39,384 bases of DNA. Source: Candidatus Natronoplasma sp. GTDB lineage: Archaea; Thermoplasmatota; Thermoplasmata; Halarchaeoplasmatales; Halarchaeoplasmataceae. Shown here piece after piece: positions 22,975 through 32,400 of the stretch (position 1 is its first letter; each line of letters starts with the position of its first letter). The translations under genes and the position numbers were made by a program. The stretch covers positions 1-39,384 of the forward strand of contig JBMCXO010000002.1 in NCBI GenBank assembly GCA_048621055.1, in the 5' to 3' direction. The notes beneath the pieces are model-generated. The model ran no database searches. It saw only the letters and a program-made list of their open reading frames with translations, and was not told the DNA's origin.

Positions 22975-22982
22975 TTTTAATA
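22975..22982 (+). promoter_or_regulatory. Candidate TATA box (TTTTAATA) for the MATE transporter gene
   Basis: It lies 27-37 nt upstream of GTG 23009/ATG 23012. Sequence and spacing match the box upstream of the ATPase gene. Confidence 0.4.
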
Positions 22983-23011
22983 CCTTTTTCTAAATCCGTT
23001 ATCGAAAAGTG

Positions 23012-24649
23012 ATGGACAGAGATAAGTTCAAAATTTTCTATTGGTTAATCTCCATCCTAAAGAGCATCGTCAAAAAACCTGGAGAGATAGCTAAAGGGAT
23101 GCGGCAAGAAGGAGTCTATCCTTTCCTTAAAGACAGGATGGGCAAGCCCGGAAAAAACGAGATACTAGAAGGGAACGTTATTGCTGTGATGTTCAAATTG
23201 GGATGGCCGATGATGATCGCTACTTTTTTGAGAACTCTGTACAATCTCATAGATACTTTTTGGTTGGGTAATATTCCAAATCCAGCAGTAGCAGAATATT
23301 CGGTAACTGCTGTCGGCCAAGGATGGACCGTTGTGTTCATGATGATGTCAATTGAGATGGGTTTCGGCATCGCAGCTTTAGCTTTAATATCTCAGTATAC
23401 TGGTCAAAGAAATTTTGAAGAGGCTGATCGAACAGCTGGACAACTTTATTTCATAGCGATAGCAGCCTCATTATTAATAGGGATCATCGGATATTTTTTG
23501 ACACCTAGTTTCATGAATATCTTGACTAGTGGGGAACAGGAACTTGCCTATTACGGGACTCAATATATTCAGATAATATTTTTGGGTCTCCCATTCATGT
23601 TCTTATTCTTCGCATTCATGTATACCCTGAGAGGGTGGGGAGATACTATAACTCCAATGAAGATAACCGCCATCTCAGTATCTTTGAATATGATTATCAA
23701 TCCCTTTCTTATATTCGGTTCCGGGAGCGTGATAGCGTTAGGATCCCTTGAAATCACAATACCCACTATTTTCGGATATTCAATTCCTCGGTTGGGAGTG
23801 AGAGGCGCCGCTATCGGAACCGTAATGAGCAGGGGGATCGGTTCTATATATGCAACCTACCTGATGTTCTCAGGGAAGGTGGGTTTGAAACTAAAATTAT
23901 CCTATCTGAAACCGCACATATCCCGATTAAAAAGTTTATTGAATATAGGTATCCCCGCCGGAATCGGAAGATTCGGCACTTCTATTGGGTTCATAATCTT
24001 ATGGGCTGTTATCTACAGATTACCAAATCCTGAAGTCGCAGGAGCAGCATACAGCGTGGGTAATAGGATATTGAACATCACATTCCTAATAATGGGTGGC
24101 TTCGCCATGGCTATCAGCACGATGGTAGGCCAGGCTCTTGGTGCAGACGATGAAGAGAGGTCTGAAGAAGTCGCAGTAAAAGGGTTTATAGCCGTTGCGG
24201 GTCTGATGTTGGTCTTCACGGGGTTACTGTTCGCTCTGAGAAATAATCTTATCATGATATTCATACCTGAATCCCCAGAAGTTATCGCGGAAGGAGCAAA
24301 CTTTTTGGCGATCTTTGCCCTTGCAATGCCATTTTTTGGCATCTTTAGGGCTGTGACTTCACTCTTAGGAGGTTCTGGCCATACTAGACTTCAGATGGGT
24401 CTGAATCTGACTAGGCTTTGGGGTTTGAGGCTTCCCTTTGTATTCCTTTTTGCCATATTCCTCTCGATGGGATCCACAGGCGTTTGGACCGGTATGGCAC
24501 TCAGCAATGTAGTAGGGTTCATTTTAGCTTTGGGTGTTTATAAGACTGGATGGTGGAAAGAGAAGGTGATAGAAGATAAACCTAGGCCTAAACCGAGCAT
24601 GGACTTGGATGAAGATGAACCTAGGAGGGATAGAAATACTGAAAGCTAA
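23012..24649 (+). CDS. MATE family multidrug/compound efflux transporter
   Basis: About 545 aa, 12-TM-like pattern. N-terminal LEGNVIAVMFKLGWPMMIATFLRTLYNLIDTFWLG is the MATE signature. Hydrophilic C-terminal tail. Confidence 0.9.
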   Translation: MDRDKFKIFYWLISILKSIVKKPGEIAKGMRQEGVYPFLKDRMGKPGKNEILEGNVIAVMFKLGWPMMIATFLRTLYNLIDTFWLGNIPNPAVAEYSVTAVGQGWTVVFMMMSIEMGFGIAALALISQYTGQRNFEEADRTAGQLYFIAIAASLLIGIIGYFLTPSFMNILTSGEQELAYYGTQYIQIIFLGLPFMFLFFAFMYTLRGWGDTITPMKITAISVSLNMIINPFLIFGSGSVIALGSLEITIPTIFGYSIPRLGVRGAAIGTVMSRGIGSIYATYLMFSGKVGLKLKLSYLKPHISRLKSLLNIGIPAGIGRFGTSIGFIILWAVIYRLPNPEVAGAAYSVGNRILNITFLIMGGFAMAISTMVGQALGADDEERSEEVAVKGFIAVAGLMLVFTGLLFALRNNLIMIFIPESPEVIAEGANFLAIFALAMPFFGIFRAVTSLLGGSGHTRLQMGLNLTRLWGLRLPFVFLFAIFLSMGSTGVWTGMALSNVVGFILALGVYKTGWWKEKVIEDKPRPKPSMDLDEDEPRRDRNTES

Positions 24650-24657
24650 GATTAAGA

Positions 24658-24677
24658 GTGATAAGACTTATTATCAC
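24658..24677. promoter_or_regulatory. Inverted repeat GTGATAA-GACTTA-TTATCAC between the MATE stop and the MarR start (candidate MarR operator)
   Basis: Read directly. 7-bp arms, 6-nt spacer, 22 nt upstream of MarR ATG 24699. GAGG SD at 24688-24691. Confidence 0.4.
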
Positions 24678-24698
24678 AGAATTTTATGAGGCTATTAT

Positions 24699-25127
24699 AT
24701 GACAGAAGAACACTCCGAGGATTCAATCCACAAGCTTTATCAGAGAGTCTACAAAAATTTGATCACATTAATACGGTCTGAATTGGAACCCTACGATTTC
24801 AACCGAGGAGAATTCCCTCTTCTTTTCAAGTTGCTAAAAGGAGGAGACGGAGTAACTCAAAAAGAAATCTGTGAAAAACTTCACGTATCGAAATCCACCA
24901 CCTCTAAGATAATAAAGAGTCTTGTCGAGAAAGGATATCTCAGGAAAGAGAAAGACCCAGAGGACAAACGTGCCTCTAGGATTTTTCTCACCGATAAAAA
25001 GGAGGAGATCGAAGATCTGATAAAAGAGATAGACGAAAAAGCCGAAAACAAAATGTTGAAGGGTTTTGATGATGAGGAAAGAAAAAACTTGAAAGCTTAT
25101 TTAGAGCGTATACTTGACAACCTATAA
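24699..25127 (+). CDS. MarR family transcriptional regulator
   Basis: 142 aa. GVTQKEICEKLHVSKSTTSKIIKSLVEKGYLRKEKDPEDKRASRIFLTDKG-like wHTH with the MarR wing motif (D-x-R). Confidence 0.85.
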   Translation: MTEEHSEDSIHKLYQRVYKNLITLIRSELEPYDFNRGEFPLLFKLLKGGDGVTQKEICEKLHVSKSTTSKIIKSLVEKGYLRKEKDPEDKRASRIFLTDKKEEIEDLIKEIDEKAENKMLKGFDDEERKNLKAYLERILDNL

Positions 25128-25224
25128 TTATTTAGATTTTCTATTTTAAAAAAGGCACTGAAAGCGACCTATCCCCGCACAAACTATATCTATCATAAAC
25201 CAGATATACAAGAAGGGAGATCAG

Positions 25225-26655
25225 ATGGCAAATCAAGATATCTCTAAAATAATACATATAAATTCCGGTTTTCAGAAGATGTTAGAGGGAGAGAAAATTA
25301 TCTGTTTAGTAGACGGTCAGCATTATCCTCCAGTAACCAAGAATACGTTAGAAGTGTTGAGGAAGATTGGGGCAGAAATAAAAGCCCTTATCTTTCTGGG
25401 CGGAACTGAAAAGGTCGAGGATGCAGAGGAAGAACTTGGAGAGGCTGACATAGATATTTTCATGAGTTGTAGTAAAGAACAGCTTCCTATACAGAACTTA
25501 CGAAAGGCGATAAGTAAGTATGATCCAAAAATCGTCGTCGATCTATCGGACGAACCGGTGGTCGACTACGGAGACAGATTCGAGATCGCCTCATCAGTCC
25601 TTCAAGAAGGAGCAACTTACATGGGAGCGGATTTTTTCTTTTCCCCTCCAAATGAATTGAACGTTTTAGAAAAACCGAGTTTATCAATAATCGGAACCGG
25701 AAAAAGAGTCGGTAAGACCGGGGTCAGCGTTTCGATAGCTAGAACGCTGAAAGGAAAAGGGCATGAACCAGTTATCGTATGCATGGGCCGAGGAGGTCCT
25801 CCGGAACCAGATTACATCGATCCAAAGAAGATCGCTATGAACGCAGATACTTTATTGAAAGTCGCAGAAAAAGGAGGACATGCTGCATCAGATTATTGGG
25901 AAGATGCTCTGTTAGCCCAAGTCTCTACAGTGGGATGTAGAAGATGTGGTGGCGGGATGGCGGGAAATCCGTTCTCCTCTAATGTGATCAAAGGAGCTTT
26001 AAAAACAAACAATCTGAAAGAAAATCTGGTCATAATGGAAGGTTCTGGTTCTACTTTCCCACCTGTCAAAACAGAAGCAAAGATAGTTATCATTGGAGCT
26101 TCCCAGCCCCTAGATAACATACTTGAATATTTCGGACAGTACAGGATAAATATATCCGATCTAGCGATAATCACCATGTGTGAAGAACCTATGGCTAGCG
26201 AAGAAAAAATAGAGGATATCGAGACAGGGATAAATGAGTTGAATCCAAATATCGATATCGCTCGCACCATTTTTAGGCCTCAGCCTCTCAAAGACATAAC
26301 GGGAAAGAAAGTCTTCGTCGCCACGACCGCACCTGAAGATATCCTGCCAAAGATAATGGAACACATTGAAACTGAAAAAGGAGCAGAGATAGTTGGTCAC
26401 TCCAATAAGCTTTCTAATAGAGAGGCACTGAGAAAAGACTTGAACCGGGGACTAAAAGAAGCCGAAATGCTTTTGACAGAAATCAAGGCAGCCTCAATAG
26501 ACGTTGCTGGAAAAAGTGCTAAAGAAAAAGGTGCCGAGATAGTTTTTATGCATAATGAATCAATTCTAGTAGGTGGAACTGTCGAGACCTTCGAAGAGGC
26601 AGTATTAGATGTCTATGATAAAGCTATGGAAAGATATGGGGGTCAAAATGATTGA
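25225..26655 (+). CDS. cpgS: Cyclic 2,3-diphosphoglycerate synthetase (candidate)
   Basis: 476 aa. N-terminal ICLVDGQHYPPVTKNTLEVL...FLGGTEKV and P-loop-like IIGTGKRVGKTGVS fit my recollection of the cDPG synthetase family. Size and 8-nt overlap with a 2-phosphoglycerate kinase gene support the call. Confidence 0.65.
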   Translation: MANQDISKIIHINSGFQKMLEGEKIICLVDGQHYPPVTKNTLEVLRKIGAEIKALIFLGGTEKVEDAEEELGEADIDIFMSCSKEQLPIQNLRKAISKYDPKIVVDLSDEPVVDYGDRFEIASSVLQEGATYMGADFFFSPPNELNVLEKPSLSIIGTGKRVGKTGVSVSIARTLKGKGHEPVIVCMGRGGPPEPDYIDPKKIAMNADTLLKVAEKGGHAASDYWEDALLAQVSTVGCRRCGGGMAGNPFSSNVIKGALKTNNLKENLVIMEGSGSTFPPVKTEAKIVIIGASQPLDNILEYFGQYRINISDLAIITMCEEPMASEEKIEDIETGINELNPNIDIARTIFRPQPLKDITGKKVFVATTAPEDILPKIMEHIETEKGAEIVGHSNKLSNREALRKDLNRGLKEAEMLLTEIKAASIDVAGKSAKEKGAEIVFMHNESILVGGTVETFEEAVLDVYDKAMERYGGQND

Positions 26656-27532
26656 AGTTACCAAGGAAGGAACGAAATATCCCTTTTCCAAGGGTATATT
26701 GGCGAGGTCTCTTTCCATCACGGGACTGACCCTTGATCAGATATATGAGATTGTAAGAGATATAAATAAAAAGATTCAAGAAGGGGAGCAAAACACGATA
26801 AGCTCCAAAATAATAAAAAGGATGGTGAGAAGAGAACTCTTAGATAGAGGATATGAAGAGGAAGAAAAGTTTTACAGAGTCTCTAGAAAGATACGATATC
26901 TAGATAAACCTCTACTGGTCTTGATAGGTGGTGGTGCAGGTGTTGGAAAATCCACAATATCTTCAGAACTAGGCGTGAGATTAGGTATAAACAGGATCGT
27001 CGGAAGCGATTCTGTCCGTGAGATAATGAGAGAGATGCTACCCTACGAGGTCATACCAGCATTGCACGAATCGAGTTTTACCACCCATAAAGCTGTGGAA
27101 GCTTCTTTCGTAAAAAACAAGTTGATATATGGGTTCGACCAGCAGGTAAGACTTGTGAGTGTTGGATTGAAAGCCATCATAGAAAGAGGTATCAAAGAAG
27201 GTCTGAATACGATCATAAACGGCGTTCACTTGGTTCCTGGATATCTAGATATAGAAAGTGAAAAAGGCAGCTACGCCTTCCAATACGTTTTAGATGTCTC
27301 CGGCCAGAGTGAACATGAAGAAAGATTCAAAATGAGAGCCGAGGGGAGCCACAGAGATCCAGATAGATACATCGAAAATATTGACAATATAAAGAAAATC
27401 CAGGAATACAATATACGTCAGGCGGAACAGAACGACGCTCGAGTTCTCAACAACTCAGATATAGAATCCACGATAAGAGAGATCATGACAGATATAATAA
27501 ATAAATTGGAGCCGGTGATAGAGAATGAATAA
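26648..27532 (+). CDS. 2-phosphoglycerate kinase (ATP-cone + P-loop kinase)
   Basis: The start is chosen at ATG 26648 (overlapping the cpgS stop) rather than 26609. N-terminal ATP-cone-like MIEVTKEGTKYPFSKGILARSL, then P-loop LIGGGAGVGKSTISSELGVRLGINRIVGSDSVRE, typical of 2PGK (COG2074-type). Confidence 0.8.
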   Translation: MIEVTKEGTKYPFSKGILARSLSITGLTLDQIYEIVRDINKKIQEGEQNTISSKIIKRMVRRELLDRGYEEEEKFYRVSRKIRYLDKPLLVLIGGGAGVGKSTISSELGVRLGINRIVGSDSVREIMREMLPYEVIPALHESSFTTHKAVEASFVKNKLIYGFDQQVRLVSVGLKAIIERGIKEGLNTIINGVHLVPGYLDIESEKGSYAFQYVLDVSGQSEHEERFKMRAEGSHRDPDRYIENIDNIKKIQEYNIRQAEQNDARVLNNSDIESTIREIMTDIINKLEPVIENE

Positions 27533-27956
27533 AGCTGCACCAAATTTTTACGACGTAGATATGCCTATACGCTCTTTTATTACAAAACGTCTGATAGGAG
27601 TTAGGTCCAAAAGCAGTGTTCAAGAAGCCGCTAAGAAGATGGTGGAGTTCAATACGGGATCACTTGTAGTTATCGAGGATGAGGATATCGTGGGGTTCAT
27701 TACAGACGGTGATATAAAGAAAAAAGTCGTGGCTGAAGGTTTGAAGACTGATATGCCAGTTAAAGAGATAATGGTGAAAGAACTGATTACAGCAGATATC
27801 AGCTCAACTATCAAAGATGTACTAGAGATTATGGCAGAGAAGAACATACAGCATATTTTGATAGATGAAGATGATGATATAGTGGGTATAGTGACTTTTA
27901 GAGATCTGATAGATATCAAAAGGCAAAAGCTCGAAACTTACATCTCGAGGGAATAA
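27525..27956 (+). CDS. CBS-domain pair protein
   Basis: 143 aa, two CBS repeats (VVIEDEDIVGFITDGDI and LIDEDDDIVGIVTFRDL). 8-nt overlap with the 2PGK stop. Confidence 0.85.
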   Translation: MNKAAPNFYDVDMPIRSFITKRLIGVRSKSSVQEAAKKMVEFNTGSLVVIEDEDIVGFITDGDIKKKVVAEGLKTDMPVKEIMVKELITADISSTIKDVLEIMAEKNIQHILIDEDDDIVGIVTFRDLIDIKRQKLETYISRE

Positions 27957-27957
27957 A

Positions 27958-29451
27958 ATGAGGATACTTCATATATCTGACACCCATATCGGCAAAAAAG
28001 ACCATTATAACAAAGAATCTCTGAAGATCGCTTTAAAAGAGCTTGAAGACGACGATCTAGATATGCTGATCCATTCTGGAGATCTCACACAGGATGGTAG
28101 CCTGAAACACTATGAAAAGGCAAAAAAAATTTTTGATAAAATAAGCATACCACATATCATAATCCCAGGAAATCACGACAAGAGGAGTGGAGGACTTTCT
28201 CTCTTCAAAGATCATTTCGGTTCGCCGAACGGTGTATTTGAAAGTCAAAAGGCGGTAGTAATCTATGTTGACAGCGCAGTTCCAGATACGGATATCGGAC
28301 GGGTAGGGATGGTTAAATACGATATGATAAAGGAGGCTCTTGCCGAGTACTGTAACAAATCGATAAAGATAGTCGTCCTGCACCATCACACTGTCCCTAT
28401 ACCAAAAGCCGGAAGGGAACGTAACGTCCTTTCCAATGCTGGAGATCTTTTGGAACTGTTTTTAAAGGGAGACGTAGACCTAGTATTGTCAGGACATAGA
28501 CACTATCCCAATGTTCATCGTATAGAAAACACTGTTTTTGTGAACGCTGGAACGGCTTCAGATAAAAAAACGAGATACGGCGACATAAACTCGTACAACT
28601 TGATAAAAATCGAGAAAAAAACATTGACAGTTAGAACCAAGAGGATCGACGGATCTAAAGAAAAAAAATGCTTTCCGAGAAAAGATAAAAGGGTCTTTTA
28701 CGACTTTGGAGACAAAATATTCAGGGTTGTCCATACCTCGAACACTTTTGTTTCTTCATCTCCAAAATTTCTCCAAACCCATTTTTTAAACGCCCTCAAA
28801 ATCATAAATTCACTAGATTGTGACCTAACTATACATTGTGGAGGGGTTGTGGAAGAAGGTATAAATCAAAATTATGAATTGGCTAAAACCTACATGGAAA
28901 AGTTCAATGTGCCGATAATTTACACACCTGCTGGAAGAGACATAAATTATCTAGGTTATGAGCTTTTTAAAGAATATTTTGGAAAGATGCTGCAGTCTTA
29001 TAGCAACGAAGAGGTCCTTTTCAGAGGGGTGTCTTCTGCCCAGTATGATTCTCCGGAGGGCTACATAGGAGAGACGCAGAAAGAAGAATTATTCAACGAG
29101 CTCGAAGATCAAAATCGATCTTTTAAATCCGTTTTCCTTCATCATAATATACTTCCGATACCTCACGCTAGAGAGAAAGGACTCCTTGAGGACAGTGGAG
29201 ATTTTCTCAGGGAAATAGTGAACAAGAGAATCGACCTAGTGTTGACCGGTACCTCGTCCCATCCATCGGCGATGAAGATAGGAGAGACTGTCGTAGTCAA
29301 TGCCAACTCCATGAGCAGCGTTTACCAGAGAAGCAGATACGGTAATTCATTCAACGTGATAGACATATACGAAAAGGCGATAGTGGTTTACGAAATAAAC
29401 AGTCTGTGGGGAAACAGAAAGATACTCGGTGTGTGGGATCGGAACAGCTAA
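27958..29451 (+). CDS. Tandem calcineurin-like metallophosphoesterase (intact N-terminal domain + degenerate C-terminal copy)
   Basis: 497 aa. Domain 1 has the full motif set: HISDTHIG, GDLTQDG, GNHDK, LHHH, SGHRH. Domain 2 aligns colinearly but has HTSNTF, HCGGVV, PAGRD, LHHN, TGTSSH. It starts 2 nt after the CBS stop. Confidence 0.85.
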   Translation: MRILHISDTHIGKKDHYNKESLKIALKELEDDDLDMLIHSGDLTQDGSLKHYEKAKKIFDKISIPHIIIPGNHDKRSGGLSLFKDHFGSPNGVFESQKAVVIYVDSAVPDTDIGRVGMVKYDMIKEALAEYCNKSIKIVVLHHHTVPIPKAGRERNVLSNAGDLLELFLKGDVDLVLSGHRHYPNVHRIENTVFVNAGTASDKKTRYGDINSYNLIKIEKKTLTVRTKRIDGSKEKKCFPRKDKRVFYDFGDKIFRVVHTSNTFVSSSPKFLQTHFLNALKIINSLDCDLTIHCGGVVEEGINQNYELAKTYMEKFNVPIIYTPAGRDINYLGYELFKEYFGKMLQSYSNEEVLFRGVSSAQYDSPEGYIGETQKEELFNELEDQNRSFKSVFLHHNILPIPHAREKGLLEDSGDFLREIVNKRIDLVLTGTSSHPSAMKIGETVVVNANSMSSVYQRSRYGNSFNVIDIYEKAIVVYEINSLWGNRKILGVWDRNS

Positions 29452-29461
29452 CATTTAGTTC

Positions 29462-32400
29462 TCAAGCTCTTTCTAGATATATATCAAACCTGACACCGCC
29501 AAGTTCGGAATCTTTGACTTCCAAACGCCCGTCATAACTATCGATCACCTTTTTGACCAGATACAGCCCAAGACCGGAGCCTCCAGATTTGCCTTGTTTG
29601 AAGCCTTTTTCAAGTATCTTTTCCTTTTTTTCATCAGGTATGCCCACTCCATCATCTTCAAATATGATCAAACCTTTATCATCTTCAGATAGTACTCTAA
29701 TCCTAATTTTTTCACAACCTGAATGCCTGATCGAGTTTTCGATAAGATTGAAAAATAGTGTCTCTAATAAAGGACCAGCTTTGACTTGAATTTCTTCTCT
29801 TTCTACTTCTAGATCGATATCCATATCCTCTAGATGGGTTTCGTATTTTGATAGAACTTCTTCTCTTAGAGGTTCTATAGGGACCTCACGGATATTCTCC
29901 TGCTCCTCCACCCTTCTGAGTTTGTCGACTTTTTCTATTATCTCTTGAGTTTGATTTATCACTTTGACAGTTTTATCCACCAATTCCTCATCTTCGTATG
30001 TTTCCTTCAAAAGTTTCAAGTAAGCTTTTGCTATTTGTGTTTTGTTACCCACATCATGGCAGATCATAGAATGTAGAAATTCTTTTCTCTCCTCAACTTC
30101 CTTCCTATCGGTTATATCTCTAATAACTGCGATGATCCGAGGTTCATCACCTATATCGTATCTATTCAAGCTTACTTCAGCATAGAATTCATCGCCGTTA
30201 TTCTTCTTATGAACCCATTCGAAAAAAGGGTCTTCTCCTTCAAAAACTTGCTTTATCTTCTCTAGAGCTTTTTCTTTTGACCGTCTACCGTCAGGTTGTT
30301 CCTCAGGAGAGAAGTGCCACGGCTTTTTACCGATGATCTCCCCACGATCACAGCCGAACATCTCTTCAGCCTTCTCATTACAGTCTATGAATTGTTCACG
30401 GTCCATGATGATTATGGCATCGTTCGCCGACTGAAATATGGTTCTATATCTTTCCTCACTCTTAAGGAGTTGCCTCTCCATCTCCTTCATTTCGGTTATA
30501 TCCATGATGATGCCTTCAAGATAAACCTCATCTTCATCATTCTTGGCTCCCTTTCCTCTCTCCCAGACCCATCTTATCTCCCCCTCAGCCGTTTTAATCC
30601 TGTAAATTATCTTATATCGTTCTTTCTTTTCGACAGCTTCGTCGATCGTACTTCGGACTTTTTTTCTATCTTCAGGTAAAATGAGGTCTATATAGGTGGT
30701 CTCTTTATTATCTATCAGATCTTCTGGATAATATCCGGTCACTTCCTTACAACCTTCACTCATAAATTTCATCGTGTAGTACTCATCGTTCAAGCACCGA
30801 AAGGCGACTCCAGGAGCGTTACCTAGAAGATTTTGAAGTAGGCGATATTGTTCTTCCAGTTCTTCCTCTGCCTTTTTCCTCTCCGATATCTCCCTTATAT
30901 TGCACTGTATGACTTCTTCGCCGCCGGCCCGATAGACGTTGCTTACGAACTCTACAGGTACCTTCTCACCATTTCTAGATTCGAGCGGTAAATCTTCATA
31001 ACGTACATATCCTTCCTCTCTAAGCTCATCGAACCTTTCCTTGTTCTCACATATCTGTTCAAAACTACCTATCTCCCACAGTTTACCTTCCTGAAGCTCA
31101 TCCAAAGAATAACTGAGAATATCTCTTATGTACGGATTCGCATCTTTGATCTCGCCCGTTTCAGAATTCAAGATCAAAATACCGTCTTTAGCGCTCTCGA
31201 AGAGTCTTCTGTATCTTTCTTCGCTCATCTGAAGGGCCTCTTCTGTCTGCTTTTGTGCGGTGATATCCACCAAGTAGCCAAGATAATATTTGACCTCGCC
31301 GTCCTCCCTGATTATCTTGGTGTAGTCCTTGACCCAGATGGTTTCTCCATTCTTTTTTATCAAACGGTATGGTCTGTGATCTATTCTATCGGCTCCGATG
31401 TTGAGATGTCTTTCGACCTCTCTTTTCAATTGGACAAAATCATTTTTCGGAAGAATATCAGCATAACTTATATCGCCGCTGATCATCTCTTCCTGAGTAT
31501 ACCCCAAAAGATATTCCACGTTCGGTGTGACGTATACTATCGGATAGTTTTCTTTAGCTCTCCATTTGAATAGGGTAGTTGAGCCTTCCACAAAGAGATC
31601 ACGTTCCTCTTCAAGCGTTTTTTCCGCTATCATCCTTCTTCTCGCAAGAGATAGATCATCGACAACCTCTTCTAAAAGTTCTATTTCTTTTCTCGAGAGG
31701 AATCTATCTGGTCTGTGACATACTATCAAAAATCCAAATAACTCCTCATCAGAGGTCATCGGCACCAAAACCGTATGATGATCGATATCTTCTTCAGGAT
31801 AATCGCAAAGGCTGCAGTAATCTTTCATACCTTCGATCATTACAGATGAACGCGTCCTCATAGCTTCCTTCACACATTCAGGGGCATCGCCCTCGCCTTC
31901 TTTCGTTAACTCCCAAGCCCAATGCTCGTGCTCTCCTGAACTCGCGAATGGTTTTATCTTTCCGCTATCATCATCGAAAAGAGCTATCTCCACATTCAGA
32001 TAACCACCGGTTTCTAACAGAACGTCACATGACTTCTCGATAAGAGTTGAAAATTTATCTTCTTCAAAGATCAATCTACCGATATTACGGATCGACATCA
32101 GTAGTGAATTGATCTCCACCAGCTCCTCTGCAGTCTCTTTATGTCTGACCTCCTGAGCTATCGCATCCGCTAAGATACCATACCGTGACTCCAGGTTCCC
32201 TTCTTTCATGACATACCGATCCGCACCTAGATTAAGAGCATCCATGGCTACATCTTCCCTACCCCTTCCGGTAAATATTAGGAATGGTATGGAATTCTCC
32301 CTTTCCTCCCGCAGTTCTCTCAAAAATTCTATTCCGTCCATCTCAGGCATCATGTAATCAGAAACAATGGCATCGTAATGATCAGCCTCAAGGAGCTCTA

